NCBI RefSeq assembly: GCF_036588685.1 | Contig: NC_086374.1 | Span: forward strand, 22,320,001-22,384,000 | Reading direction: 5' to 3' | From: Mytilus trossulus | Taxonomy: Eukaryota | DNA length: 64,000 nt | Shown: one piece after another, positions 15,901 through 30,900 of the stretch | Layout of the letters: every line of letters begins with the position of its first letter | Numbering within the stretch: position 1 is the stretch's first letter | Position numbers and translations under genes: made by a program | The notes under the pieces: generated by a model | Databases searched by the model: none | Seen by the model: the letters and a program-made list of their open reading frames with translations, nothing else | What the model was told of the DNA's origin: nothing

Positions 15901-18900
15901 AGACATATGTCTATAATGAAACGCTTTGGAGTGTTCTTTTTATAGACAAAACTACATATTTCAACTTATATGTTATTTCAGACTAGAAAATGACATGAAA
16001 ATAAAATTTCGGTGTCACTGCGTACTGCCATCTACGTGTCATTTTGTTTTACCAAATTAACAAACACAGTGATATTAACTTGTGCAACTTTACACTTACG
16101 CTTCCCTTCTATCATTTAACTATGATATTGCACAAAGAAAAACAAAACCAGACAATAACTAGTAGGTCATTCCATTTTTGATAAAAAAAATAAAAAAAAT
16201 AGTGAATATGTGAGAGAACATTTGATTTTTCAACTACAATTTCAAAAATCCCTTTCTTAATCAGATTTACAAAATGAAACGATTTGCATTTCTTCACCAT
16301 TGGTTGTCTCATTGGCAATCATACCACATTTTCTGTTTTAACTAATACATCTTTGGATATATCATACCTTGATAGGCTCATCAAAAACAACTTCATCGTC
16401 ATTGTAAACAATGATTCGGACAGTGTCAACCTCTTCTGTTACTACGATTACATCCATAATTGATGCCGGTTCCTCCCATGTCAATACAACGGTTGGAGTA
16501 TCATCATCAGGTGCTGGAGTCCATCCTTCAGGTTCAAGAACTTGATCTGCATCAGTTGGATTAGATGATGTAATAACATTTTCAACATCTACTGGTTCAG
16601 ATACGGTATCTACAGGACACTCCATGATAGCTATTAATATAAATTTGAACTTATACTATAATTATCATTCCCCATTTATATTCTCAACTGTATCATCAAG
16701 CGATGCATATATGTTATAGACACTTTTTTCGTATGTTAACTTTAACAAAATTCTGTTTGGGCAACCAAGTTTGATCAAATTGTTTTGAAAAAGAAATCAC
16801 TGTCTTTCAAACATCTTTAATTATCCAATTGAAATTATTTTTCCTAAACAGAGTGTTTTTGTGAATACCTTCCGTAGAGAACTTTCTATTACCAACCTAT
16901 TTACGCAAATCTAAGTTCAACATTATCCTTTTATGTATTTTTTTATCAAATAATTCCTTTTATAAGAACATACTGTTTTTTTTGTTGTTGATTTGAATTT
17001 GATTTTGTAGTCTTATTGCAAAACGACATATCCATTTAATAAACAAAATAGACAACAAATAACCTAAAATTAAAGAACTACATTTTGGTTAAAATCCGCC
17101 TTCACATCCCTGTACCAGTCGATTGCAGTTGACGGATTTTTTTTTTATTTCGTCAATTATAGTGAAAGATGTCATTCACAAATTTTCAATGTTCAAAATA
17201 TTGTGTCACTCTTTTCATTTGAAAAAAGTACAACCTTTATTTAAAAAAAAACTTTTTCAGTCCTCAAGAATTCTATTGTTAATTACTCATTTTAACAATT
17301 TGATATTGGTAGCATGTGATTTAACTTTCACATACCAGTTGTTGTTGGTGCCAAAGTTGTTGATGTTGTAGGAGGTAAGATGTGTGTAGTTGATAGAGTA
17401 GGTATGACGACTGTTGTAATCTCTGAAAAAAACAATTGCACTATGTCTTTCTTTTATTGAATATTTAATCCCACCATTTAATTATATGTGTAATGTGTTA
17501 CTCAAATATTTTGCAAGACACCTTGAGGAGAATGAACACAATTTAGCAACTTATTTGAAACTAAAAAATAAATAATTTCATTTCTTCTTTTTAAATTTAT
17601 ATTCGTTAAAACTTGTTTTTCAAAGTCAAATGAACAAAGCAAAACATAAATATTGGTAACTGAAATAATCACATCCATAAAATTCATTTGTAACGACAGA
17701 AGAACATATTTCAAATATTATAATTCCTACGCATAGCTGTTATAATATCAATAAGTAAAGTGTTTGTGAAAAATTTGGTATCAAATGAAAGCTTAAAAAA
17801 CTTGTGATCACTGTAAAATCCTAATTAAACGTTTTTTTGTATATTTTTTTTTATGAAAGTTAGAAAGTACAGCATATTTGCCCTCTTGTTCAGACCAAGG
17901 GTATCCGGACGCAGTGCATTCCGATATGCTTTAAAGATAAGGGATATTTTGACATGAAATAACTACCACTTAACATAGAGAGCAACGGAGCTATAAATAA
18001 GTTATTCCTTATGATGTCGAAGAAAATAAATAAGAGCATTTGAAATCGGCATGTGGAGCATTTTGATAGCCATGTTGTCTGCTTTACATTTATGATATCT
18101 TTTTCAAAAACTGTTACTCATTGAATGAAAATGATGATTTTACTCACGAAAAGTTGGGATAAGTACGATGTGAGAAAATAACGATATTTGCTTTATCAAA
18201 AAAGCACGACCCAAAATATTCTTCATTTCCATCTCCAGATATGATTTAACCCATGTCAATTGGCAGTATTTTATATTCATATGTATGTTCAAAGAAAGCA
18301 TTTTTTCTTTAACTTCTCTATATCTATAGTATGTTTTTGCTTACCTTTTGGATGAATACAAGCAATTACTTCTGTATCAGAAACAATAGGTGGTTCAGCT
18401 CGTAGTGGTGACACCAGTTTAATTACAATTTCTGTACCAATAACACCATTGAAACTTAAAACTACTGGTTCTTCTCCGGTTGATTCTGGATTTTTCTGCA
18501 ATAAAATATAGAGGCCAAAATATGAAATACATTTTTTTATACAAAATGAAATATCTTATAAAATGTCGCTGGTTTAATAAGCATTTGTAATAAAAATAGG
18601 GTTGCACCCCTTTTATTCAAGTGCACCTTTGACAGCGTTCTCGACCACATGGTTTTGATGCTCGCAAATATCTTATATTTTGGTTTCAAGCATTTTTGTT
18701 TGACTATGTCCGAATTAATATAATGTAGAATGTACATGCTCACAGAAATTCGGTTAAACTATAATTGTTGATATACGGTTAAACTATAATTGCTGATATA
18801 CTGTGAATCTAAGGCTTTTCTATGAAATTTTACGTTGAGATAGTCCTTACAAATTGTCTGTAATTCTGTAATATAATGGCGAAAATAATGATAACAGATT

Positions 18901-21900
18901 AAGCCTTGAAATTTTAGTCTTTGTGTTTGACAATTTGACATCCTTCCTGTTCCATAATGTGCGTAGACGCATCTGGAATATTCGACCTCTTTCCTATTTC
19001 CTGCTTTACTTTATAATTGTTAATTTGACGAAACAGTATTCAATGGTTGACATATTTACTAAACAAATAATATGGTATTATCTCGTCAAAGAAATGATTA
19101 ATTGGTACATGTTTTCAAAACAATATACATGTATAAAGACAACGCAATGCAATAAAGAAAATTGTTTGTCCTTATTTTAATTTAATTTTTTTCGTGTCGG
19201 TTTTGTTAACTTTTCTAAAGCTATTCCATGCCTAGATCAAATAGTTTTAAATAACATTAACAAATCAGCAGAAGATACAATATTTGTGTTTAATCGATTT
19301 TATGTTTACGACATACCGTCACAGTTGTCACTGATATTCCTTCTACGTTCTTTAGTTCAGCTTCTATCCTTCGTACATTTGTGACAGTCATGCTAACTTG
19401 GTAAATCTTTGGACTGTCGTCCTCGTCATTCAGTTTTAAAACAATTACAGGGTTTCTACCATCGGCAATCCATCCATTGGTTCCCAATATATCATCTGGG
19501 TTAAATCCATTGGCAGAATCGTCGGTATCAACTGTCAACATTGTTGGAGTAAGTTCATCTAAAGTGGTCTTCATACACTCTGGAAAGTTAATTAAGTATC
19601 AATATCAAGTTTATTGTGCATTATTAAAGATTGGGCGAAAGATAACAGAGGGACAGTCAATCTCACAGATCGAAAAAAAACCTGACTAGGCCATGGCTAA
19701 AAAGGAAACAAAAGACAAACAGACAAACAATAGCACACAAAGCACAACATAAAAAACTAAAGACTAAGCAACACGAACCCCATCAATATGATTAATATGA
19801 TTTCGGCTGTATATTAAAACCAATACAATTTGACATACAACACGTCATTTAAAACCACATACTATTTAAATTACGTATTCATAACTACCATAAACTAAAA
19901 ATCAAAACAAGAGACATTAGTGAAAGGAACAACATATATTAATTCGAAAAATTATACATTTTATTATTTTCACGTCATAATCGATTCCGAAATTTGTGTT
20001 TGTAGGGATTTCTGTTGTTTTTATCATCGTTATTACTGCATATTTTTATTATTATAATGTCATAAAGAATTTGCAGTATGTAAAAATAAGGATTCACTTT
20101 GTTTTGTTTAACAGAGTGTGAACTGATAAGATAATATAACATGGCAAAAATAGAATCATATTCTAATTATTTTACAAACCTGTTGTTGTCGATACCAAAG
20201 TTGTTGAACCTGGCGTCGTTGAGATGACAGTTGTAATCTCTAAAAATTATCAGTAAAATGATTCATTTTTATTGTGAAGATTGAGCGTTTTGTGTTTCTT
20301 CGTTAAAACAATTAAGATCCAGGTAATCTCTGATAATTTTAAATATGCATTAATCGTTTTAAACAGATGTACTCTATCAGTATCATTATTATAACAGTTG
20401 CAATTTATTTAAAATCTATATGTTTGTTTTGCATGTAATGCTCTGGCTTCTATGTCATAGTTAACCCAAAAAATTCATTATATTCCAATAAATACTAATA
20501 AGGGTCATTACAATAAAAGGAAACATCAAATATTTCAAATTTGTTTACATGCAGCTTTTATAGAAGTTGAAAATCTGCGTCTGTTGTGCCCAAAGGACTT
20601 ATGGATAACCTTTAAATGTTACAAGAATAATTTTAATCTACAAAAGTACAACAATATTTGAGTATCAATATATGTTCTGTGCAATAGTTGCTACTACACC
20701 AGTTATTGTCTGATCAAATATTTTTAATTCAAATGATTACTTTTGTAAAACCGTAGTTGCACTTTTTACAGCCACCTAACGACCCGAGCCATCTATTTAG
20801 AAACTGTTTGCACCACTATTAGTTAAAAATCGCATATTTACTGACAAATACATTTTCTAAGTAATTGATTATATTTTACAGTTAAATTACAGCAATAACG
20901 AAGATAAGGGTTTTTATTTTACCTTTTGGATGAATGCAAGCCTCAACTTCTGTATCGGACACTATAGGTGGTTCTCCTCTTAGGGGCGATACAAGTTTTA
21001 TAACAATTTCTGTGCCGGTTTCACCATCGAAAGTTAAAACAACTGTTTCTTCGTTAGTAGATGTTGGATTTTCCTGTGAAAATATGTTATAGGATAAGGT
21101 GTGTGTTATTGCTCAGTTTTTTTTCCAGAGTGAAAAAACAAATATGTAGGGATCATATACATTTCTTTATAATTGATTCATTTAACCATATCAGTTTATC
21201 CAAAAAGTATGTAGGGATTTATCAAAAGTAACCCATAAAAGGCTTAATTTCCTTCTATTAAATATGACTTATAAATAAAAAGCATAATGATTAAACAAAA
21301 AGTTTGGATATATGTGTTATCTTACAACCAGAAAATGCTTTGTGTTCTCGTTATATATTACAGAACAGATACCTGTGTTATATTATTATTCTGATGGCAT
21401 TAAGGTTAATAAACAAAACACGAAAACTGTTCCCAAACTCAACCATAGGTGTTTTATGGGTGCTTTATTTTGTCTTATTGTCAATACTTTATTTTCTTAT
21501 CATCATATTGAGATTGATTTTTCTGTATTTATGTTTTAATAATATTAAAAGACTTACTGTTACAGTTGCTACTGATACTCCGTCAACATTCTTTAATTCA
21601 GCTTCTATCTGTTTGACATTTGTGACAGTCATGCTAACTTGGTAAATCTTTGGACTGTCGTCCTCATCATTCAGTTTCAAAACAATTACAGGGTTTCTAC
21701 CATCGGCAATCCATCCAGAGGATAACAATATGTCTTCTGGGTTAAATCCATTGGCAGAATCGTCGGTAGTAACTGTTAACATTGTTGGAGTAAGTTCATC
21801 CAGGGTTGTCTTCATACACTCTGAAAGCGGTATAATATTTATAATTTGTACATAGAATGAATTTTTTCTCATAAATGTGTTTATATGTTCATCAACCACG

Positions 21901-24900
21901 AAATCGTAAAGGGTCAGTTTATTAATGTTTTTGTCAAAATTTGCAATGAGAAATGTTCCAAAAAACACTATTGAATAGATAATCTTCCTCTTCAACAAGA
22001 ACAAAATGCGGTATATTTTATCTCGAGTCCTAAATCGTCTGGGAACTAGAAAGGATTAGAAGTCATAAAGATTTGCCATCAATATCAAGTTTCCTCAGTG
22101 CTCACTTGCAGTTATGTATTAGCTTACTACTTATCAAACTTAAAGATTTTTATCCCTTTACTTGCTATTCAAAAATAGTTTTCAGAAAATCATCCAAAGA
22201 CAACTTTTGAAGGGTTGCGGAGGAATGGCGGATGTATTCGAGTAGTTACTAGAACTACTTTCGTTGTTGGTAACGCATTTAAAAATCAAGCACTGCAAAC
22301 AGTATATATATAGCCGTACGATAGTTGAATGTATATTATTTTTTTTACAAACCTGTTGTAGTGGATACAACAGTTGTTGTCTTTGGTGATGTTATAATCT
22401 GCGTTGTAGGTTCTGAAAAAAAAGAAAATAGTCTTGAACATTTTTGTCATAAATCCAAATTAGATCAATTTACATTTACGTTTACGATGTGTTGATTAGC
22501 AGCATTGTTAGAATCGACCTAGCGTGACAGGCGGTAATGTCAGCACATTTGTAGAAACTAAGAAGTTTCGTCAAATTTTCTTTCAGGTAAATGAACGTTT
22601 TATTCAATGAATTTTAGACATGTAGAAAAAATATCAATCAATAACTAAATTGCAATCGTATGAATAGAGATATGTTGTTATGAAATTTAAAACGGAAAGT
22701 CCTAAACAAGTAACAAAAGCTCAAACACATCGGACGACTTATCACGAGCAGTTATGATTTATCTAACTACTTTTTAATAGTTTAGTGTTAGCGAATTCCT
22801 GATTCAACATAAAATTGTTACTCTATTTAACATTTTAGTTTTTTAACAAGTAACGCCATCATTTTTGGATAATAACACACAAAATAGTTTTAGGAATACC
22901 AACTACAGAAACGAGTTTATTATTTAATTTTTCTTTTCAATTAGATGTGAAGAAAAACTGCAATTTGTACAAAACTAATATTTACTAAGTATATCAATTT
23001 TGGCTGAATAAAATATGTTTATTTATAAATCAGATAGATATGAAACTACCATATATATTGCAATTTTGACAACATATTGATATAATTCTATTCAAAATGT
23101 CATTACCATAATCATACTGTAATTTTCGTGCTAGTGAAGTGTTGTGCAAACTACAAAAAAAATCAATTGGGAACTTTCTTCCAGTCAGGAAAAAAAATTG
23201 ATTAAATGTTAAGCACGTTACAATTCATGTTTTCTAATGAGGATGAGTGCATTTTACGAGTTTTAAACAATTAACAATTATGTGAAGTCCCTTGTTGGTA
23301 CTTTCAGAAAATGCTAGTTTATGAGTGAAAAATGCGCAATAAAAACAAATGCTCTAACCCTTAGTTGTTGGCAGTGGTGGGAACGGTGTCATGGTAACTG
23401 GGTCGATGTGAGTTGTTGGACTTGATGTTGGTCCAACTGCTGTTGTTTTGTGTTGTGTCATTGTTACTGCGAGGATAAAATACAATATGAAGAAATATTA
23501 TTCATTTGGTTTTTTACATTTGTTTTGACATGTCCTTTTTCGAAAGTTTTAATATATGGTAAGTTTTCATTTATGTATTGAGATATTTTTATGGCACTAA
23601 GAAATAAAAAATACCATTGAAAGTTTTCAAAATGTGGAATCCTTATGGAACTGATAGAAGTGGAATGAATCAACAAACACTAATGGTGAATACAGACAAT
23701 TATAGAATGTTAAACAAACATTTCAGTTACATGATAGACAATTTGGTAAGGAGACATGTTCTGCCATCGTTATTAAAGTTGACATTTGAAGACCATGTAT
23801 TTATAGAGCTTCAGTACAAGTGTCAGAATACAATGAATAGTTTGAGATTGTGTGCCAAACATTTTTAAACTTGTTATTAAAAGACAAAATGACATGAAAT
23901 ATATTAAGTGTATGCGTCTGCAGCACATTCTTGATATACCTTCAGCAGAAACGGTAAAGGCCAAATATATAAAAAAAAAAAAAAAAAAAAAGGCAAGGCT
24001 GTATAAGTACAATAATAGTTATCAAAGGTACCAGGACTATAATTTAGTACGCCAGACGCGCATTTCGTCTACATAGGACTCATCAGTTACGCTCACATCA
24101 AACTATTAATAAAGTCAAACAAGTACAAAGTTAATATATATAAGACGGGCATATCCAGATTGCAAATATAGACCCCATATACTATAAAGGTAAACTTGGT
24201 CACAGAGCTTTCAGGTTCCCTTTCATTGCTTGCATATTGTAAGTATTTTTTTTCATACTATTGTCTTTGAGATCATTGGATTTTTTTGGCCAAAAAAAAT
24301 ACCATATGAATTCTCAAAATTACCTATTGTTTTCGTCCTTTTCATCTTGAAATAAAAACAAACAATAACAATAGACTATAAATAATGTTTCTCAATATTT
24401 CACTGTTTTGTTGTAAAAGCTGTATAAAAAGTTCTAAGACAAAGTTAATGTTCAAATAAATACCATGACTATATATTTAGAGAGTGATGTTAAAGTACAA
24501 CCTGACATAGTTCTATCTGATCAGACACATTGATGACCCTATATAATAATGATTTATTTCAAAACGTAGGACATGTATGTGTTGTTTTTATCTTTGGCAT
24601 TTCGTCAGTTCAAGCTTGACAACTATAAATGAAGTTAGCCTAACAAACCCTGTTAACTGACAAACCCTGTACTCTGACAAACAGACCAACTTTATACCCT
24701 GACAAACAATATATGAAATATATAGAAAACATAGATACACATCAGATGGGATGCAATATTTTTTAACATGCAGCTTTGTCTGTGTCATCTCTGTCTTTTT
24801 GTCCTTTTTTAAATGACAAAGCAATTACCTGTTGTTGTCAAAACGGTTGTTGTTGAAGAAACACTTGGTGAAGTGACAGTTGTTTCTGTAGTTGACGATG

Positions 24901-27900
24901 GTGTTGAAGTGATACTAACACTTGGGGTGGTTATGGCACTGGTTCCAGTTGTTTGTGTCGATGGTGTGGTGGGGGCTGTTGTAGTAATAGCAGTAGTTGT
25001 TCCTGTGAAAAATGATTAAACAAATATAAGAACATATAAAAGAAATACAATGACGAAACAGGTTTCATAAGAACTGACAAAAAGGAGTCATCACTCTGAA
25101 TACGTAAAAAAGACAATTCCAATCAAGCAGAACTATTACAAAAACAACAAATATTTGATCAATTCAAAGATGTCTACAGACAGTCATCAAAGTAAACAGC
25201 ATATACTAAAAACTAAGTACTGGAAATATGAATATATACAAAACGGAAAGAGTGATATTTCCACTTATCCTACTCGGAAAAAGAAAATAATGAAACGAAA
25301 AACTCTTTTGTAACAAAAATGTTCATTAATATATAAATAATACATAAAGTCAATGATTACTTACCAATCTCTTCGAAACATGCCTTAATAACCACATTAC
25401 TAATTGTTGGTGTCTCATCAGTAGTGTCTGGTTTAATAATCAATTCGATGATGTTTCCAGGTTTTCCACCTAGACTGATGGGACTGTCAAAGTTGTCAAC
25501 CTGCAAGATAAAGTAATTTCCTATGATCATCTATGCGTCATCTCGTTGCTTAAGGGTTTTGTTGGAGAATTCGTATGATGCGCTGGTTTATCAAAGTACT
25601 TCTTAGCAGAAACCTTCATTGTTCAATAATATTTCGTTCTAAAAATGGTCGAAATAAATGATCATAATACTTACAGGTATTCTATCTATTACAGTTGCAT
25701 CCTGTTTAATTTTCACAATTACAGATTCAACATTGGTTTCATCAAACGTTATGGAGAACAATTCTGATGTACCATCTGCATCGTTTAACTTATAGATTAG
25801 TTTAGGGTTTTGGTCTGTATTAGCTGGACTCCATCCCTTTGGTTTCTGTGAATCTGATGGTAGATCCCCTGGAGCATTAGAAGAACTGTCTACCGTGACA
25901 TCAGATGGTTGTGCACCATCCAACATGACTTTAACGCACTCTGTAATAAACAAAAAAATATCCTGGTGTATAATCAAAAGACAACATTTAAATGAGTAAA
26001 GATACATGATTTCAATCATATGTAGATACTGGAGATATATATATTAATTGTTTGTAGTGTAAAAGTTCGACAGTTAATTTATTTTGTTAAAGTTTTGTTA
26101 CAGTACAACTTGACAGGGTTTTATCTGATCAGCCACGTTGTTGACCCTCTAAAATAATGAATTGTTCTATAACGTAGAACAAGTATGTGTTGTTTTTATA
26201 TATACATTTCATAAGTTCTAGCTTGACAACTATATATGAAGTTAGCCTAACAAACCATGTTAACTGACGAACCCTGTACTCTGACAAACAGACCAACATT
26301 ATTCCCTGACAAACAATATATGAAATATATAAAAAAAAACATAGAAACGTATAAAATTGGATGCAATATTGTTTTACATGAGGCTTTGTCTGTGTCACCT
26401 CTTTCTTTTCGTCCTTTTAGAAATGACAAAGCAATTACCTGTTGTTGTCAAAACGGTTGTTGTTGAAGAAACTCTTGGTGTAGTTTCAGATGTTATGACA
26501 GTTGTTTCTGTAGTTGACGATGGTGTTGTAGTGATAGTGGTAGTACTAGGTTGTGTCGATACAGAACTACTAACACTTGGAGTTGTTACGACACTGGTTC
26601 CAGTTGTTTGAGTCGATGGTGTGGTAGGAGCTGTAGTAGTAATTGCCGTAGTTGTTCCTGTGATAAAATGATTAAAAAAATATTAGAACTTATGAACGAA
26701 ATTCAATATCGAAACGTGTTTCATAAGAACTGATAAAAAAGAGCCATCAATTAGAATCCATTAAAAAAACACAATTCCAAACAAGCAGAACTAGAATCAC
26801 GACAAAAAATAATTTGATCAATTCAAAGATGTATAAATATAGCCATTAAAGTAAGCAGCATATACTACTAAAACTGAATTACTATCAGTATGAATTTATA
26901 CAAAACGGAAATAGTTATATTTACACTTATCCCAATCGAAAAAAGAAAATAATGAAACGAAGCACTCTTTTGTAACAAAAATGTTCATTAATATATAAAT
27001 AATACATAAAGTCAATAATTACTTACCAATCTCTTCGAAACATGCCTTAATAACCACATTACTAATTGTTGGTGTCTCATCAGTAGTGTCTGGTTTAATA
27101 ATCAATTCGATGATGTTTCCAGGTTTTCCACCTAGACTGATAGGACTGTCAAAGTTGTCAACCTGCAAGAGAAAGTAATTTCCTATGATCATCTATGCGT
27201 CACCTCGTTGCTTAAGGTTTTTGTTTTAGAATTCTTATGATGCGCTGGTTAATCAATGTACTTCTTAACAGAAACTGCATTGTTCATTAACGGACCACAG
27301 ATGAATTATCACGTTGTGATTGGTTAAACGCCGTCACGTGGTGACCCCCTATGAGACCGTATGGGGTTCATGTCGCGTTAATGGCAACGTCAGCTATTAA
27401 TGTTTTTGCGTTTTATTGTTTGTTTTTCAACAAAACGCCGCAAAAAAAACTCCAGCGTCCGATAAATTCGTTATACGGTTAACTACTGACCCCCTACGGA
27501 TCCATAGAGGGTGAACAAAATTCATAGGGGACTCGGCCTCCGGCTTCATCCCCTATGGATTTTACTAACCCTCTTTGGATCCGTATGGGGTCAGTAGCGA
27601 ACCATATAACTTATAATATTTCGTTCTAAAGATGGTCGATCGAAATAAATCTAAATAAATGATCGTAATACTCACAGGTATTCTGTCTATTACAGTTGTA
27701 TCTTGTTTAATTTTCACAATTACAGATTCAACATTGGTTTCATCAAACGTTATTGAGAACAATTCTGATGTATCATCTGCATCGTTTAACTTATAGATTA
27801 GTTTAGGGTTTTGGTCTGTATTAGCTGGACTCCATCCCTTTGGTTTCTGTGAATCTGATGGTAGATCCCCTGGAGCATTAGAAGAACTATCTACCGTGAC

Positions 27901-30900
27901 ATCAGATGGTTGGGCTCCATCCAACATGACTTTAACGCACTCTGTAATAAACAAAGAAATATCCTCTTGTATAATCAAAAGATAACATTTAAATGAGTAA
28001 AGATACATGATTACAATCATTAGCAGATAATTGAGATAAATGTATTTATATTTTGTAGTGTTAAAGTGTGACAGTTAATTTATTTTGTTAAAGTACAACT
28101 TAACATGGTTATTTCTGATCAGCCACGTTATTGGCCAACTATAATAATAATTTATTCCAAAACGTAGAACATGTATGTGTTGAGTTTATCTTTAAATTCT
28201 AGCTTGACAACTATATCAAGTAAACCCTTCAAACCCTGTAACCTGACTAACCCTGTACTCTTAACAAACTGACTAACCTTATACCCTGACAAACAATATA
28301 TGAAATATATAGTTAACATAGATACATCATGTAGGAAGTCGAGTACGCTTCCCAAAACGTAATCATATCACATAACTCTGCATATTTCCTAGAACTTAAG
28401 TGAAGCCTTACCTGTACTTGTCGTTGAAACAGTAGTGGAAGTCGTTGTTGTACCAGTTGTTAAAGTGGTAGGTTGAGCTGTTTCAGAAGGTGTAGAAAAT
28501 CCAGCAGTAGATCCAGTTTTTGGGCCAGCAGTTGTTTGTGTTTCGGTCACTACACTTACGCTTGGTTGTGTAGCAGCAGAGGTACTTACACTTGGTTGTG
28601 TATTAGCAGAGGTACTCACACTTGGTTGTGTAGCAGCAGATGTGCTCACACTGGGTTGTGTAGCAGCAGATGTACTCACACTTGGTTGTGTAGCAGCAGA
28701 TGTACTCACAATTGTTGTTGTGGCAGCAGAGGTACTTACACTTGGTTGTGTAGCAGCAGAGGTACTAACACTTGGCTGTGTAGCAGCAGAAGTACTAACA
28801 CTTGGTTGTGTAGCAGCAGAGGTACTCACACTTGGTTGTGTAGCAGCAGATGTACTCACACTTGGTTGTGTAACAGCAGATGTACTTACACTTGGTTGTG
28901 TAGCAGCAGATGTACTTACACTTGTCGTTGTAGCAGCAGAGGTACTCACACTTGGTTGTGTAGCAGCAGATGTACTCACACTTGTCGTTGTAGCAGCAGA
29001 GGTACTTACACTTGGTTGTGTAGCAGCAGATGTACTTACACTTGTCGTTGTAGCAGCAGAGGTACTCACACTTGGTTGTGTAGCAGCAGAGGTACTAACA
29101 CTTGATTGTGTAGCAGCAGAGGTACTAACACTTGTCGTTGTAGCAGCAGAGGTACTTTCACTTGGCTGTGTAACAGCAGAGGTACTTACACTTGGTTGTG
29201 TAACAGCAGATGTACTTATACTTGGTTGTGTAGCAGCAGATGTAATAACACTTGTCGTTGTAGCCACAGATGTACTCACACTTGGCTGTGTAACAGCAGA
29301 GGTACTTACACTTGGTTGTGTAGCAGCAGATGTGCTCACACTGGGTTGTGTAGCAGCAGATGTACTCACACTTGGTTGTGTAGCAGCAGATGTACTCACA
29401 ATTGTTGTTGTGGCAGCAGAGGTACTTACACTTGGTTGTGTAGCAGCAGAGGTACTAACACTTGGCTGTGTAGCAGCAGAAGTACTAACACTTGGTTGTG
29501 TAGCAGCAGAGGTACTCACACTTGGTTGTGTAGCAGCAGATGTACTCACACTTGGTTGTGTAACAGCAGATGTACTTACACTTGGTTGTGTAGCAGCAGA
29601 TGTACTTACACTTGTCGTTGTAGCAGCAGAGGTACTCACACTTGGTTGTGTAGCAGCAGATGTACTCACACTTGTCGTTGTAGCAGCAGAGGTACTTACA
29701 CTTGGTTGTGTAGCAGCAGATGTACTTACACTTGTCGTTGTAGCAGCAGAGGTACTCACACTTGGTTGTGTAGCAGCAGAGGTACTAACACTTGGTTGTG
29801 TAGCAGCAGAGGTACTAACACTTGGTTGTGTAGCAGCAGATGTACTCACACTTGGTTGTGTAGCAGCAGAGGTACTTACAGTTGGTTGTGTAACAGCAGA
29901 TGTACTTACACTTGGTTGTGTAGCAGCAGATGTACTTACACCTGTCGTTGTAGCAGCAGAGGTACTCACACTTGGTTGTGTAGCAGCAGATGTACTTACA
30001 CTTGTCGTTGTAGCAGCAGAGGTACTCACACTTGGTTGTGTAGCAGCAGATGTACTAACGCTTGTCGTTGTAACGGCAGAGGTACTCACACTTGGTTGTG
30101 TAGCCGCAGATGTACTAACACTTGGTTGTGTAGCAGCAGATGTACTTACACTTGTCGTTGTAGCAGCAGATGTACTTACACTTGGTTGTGTAGCAGCAGA
30201 GGTACTTATACCTGTTGTTGTAGCCTCAGTCGTACTTACACTTGGTTGTGTAGCAGCAGATGTACTCACACTTGGTTGTGTAGCAGCAGATGTACTAACA
30301 CTTGGTTGTGTAGCAGCAGATGTACTTACACTTGTCGTTGTAGCAGCAGAAGTACTAACACTTGGTTGCGTAACAGCAGAGGTACTTACACTTGGTTGTG
30401 TAGCAGCAGATGTACTCACACTTGTCGTTGTAGCAGCAGATGTACTAACACTTGGTTGTGTAGCAGCAGTTGTACTTACACTTGGTTGTGTAGCAGCAGA
30501 TGTGCTAACACTTGTCGTTGTAGCAGCAGAGGTACTTTCACTTGGCTGTGTAACAGCAGAGGTACTTACACTTGGTTGTGTAACAGCAGATGTACTTATA
30601 CTTGGTTGTGTAGCAGCAGATGTAATAACACTTGTCGTTGTAGCCACAGATGTACTCACACTTGGCTGTGTAACAGCAGAGGTACTTACACTTGGTTGTG
30701 TAGCAGCAGATGTACTCACACTTGGTTGTGTAGCAGCAGATGTACTAACACTTGGTTGTGTAGCAGCAGAAGTACTAACAATGGTCGTTGTAGCAGCAGA
30801 GGTACTAACACTTGGTTGTGTAGCAGCAGAGGTACTCACACTTGGTTGTGTAGCAGCAGATGTACTCACACTTGGTTGTGTAGCAGCAGATGTACTTACA

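Noticed and set aside
17755-19200. Possible DNA-transposon fragments in introns
   Set aside because: The sequence differs from paralogous introns, but I could not define termini, TIRs or a TSD
24324-24345. Possible 22-bp exon with AG/GT ends
   Set aside because: Not a multiple of 3; it would shift the frame between phase-1 neighbours
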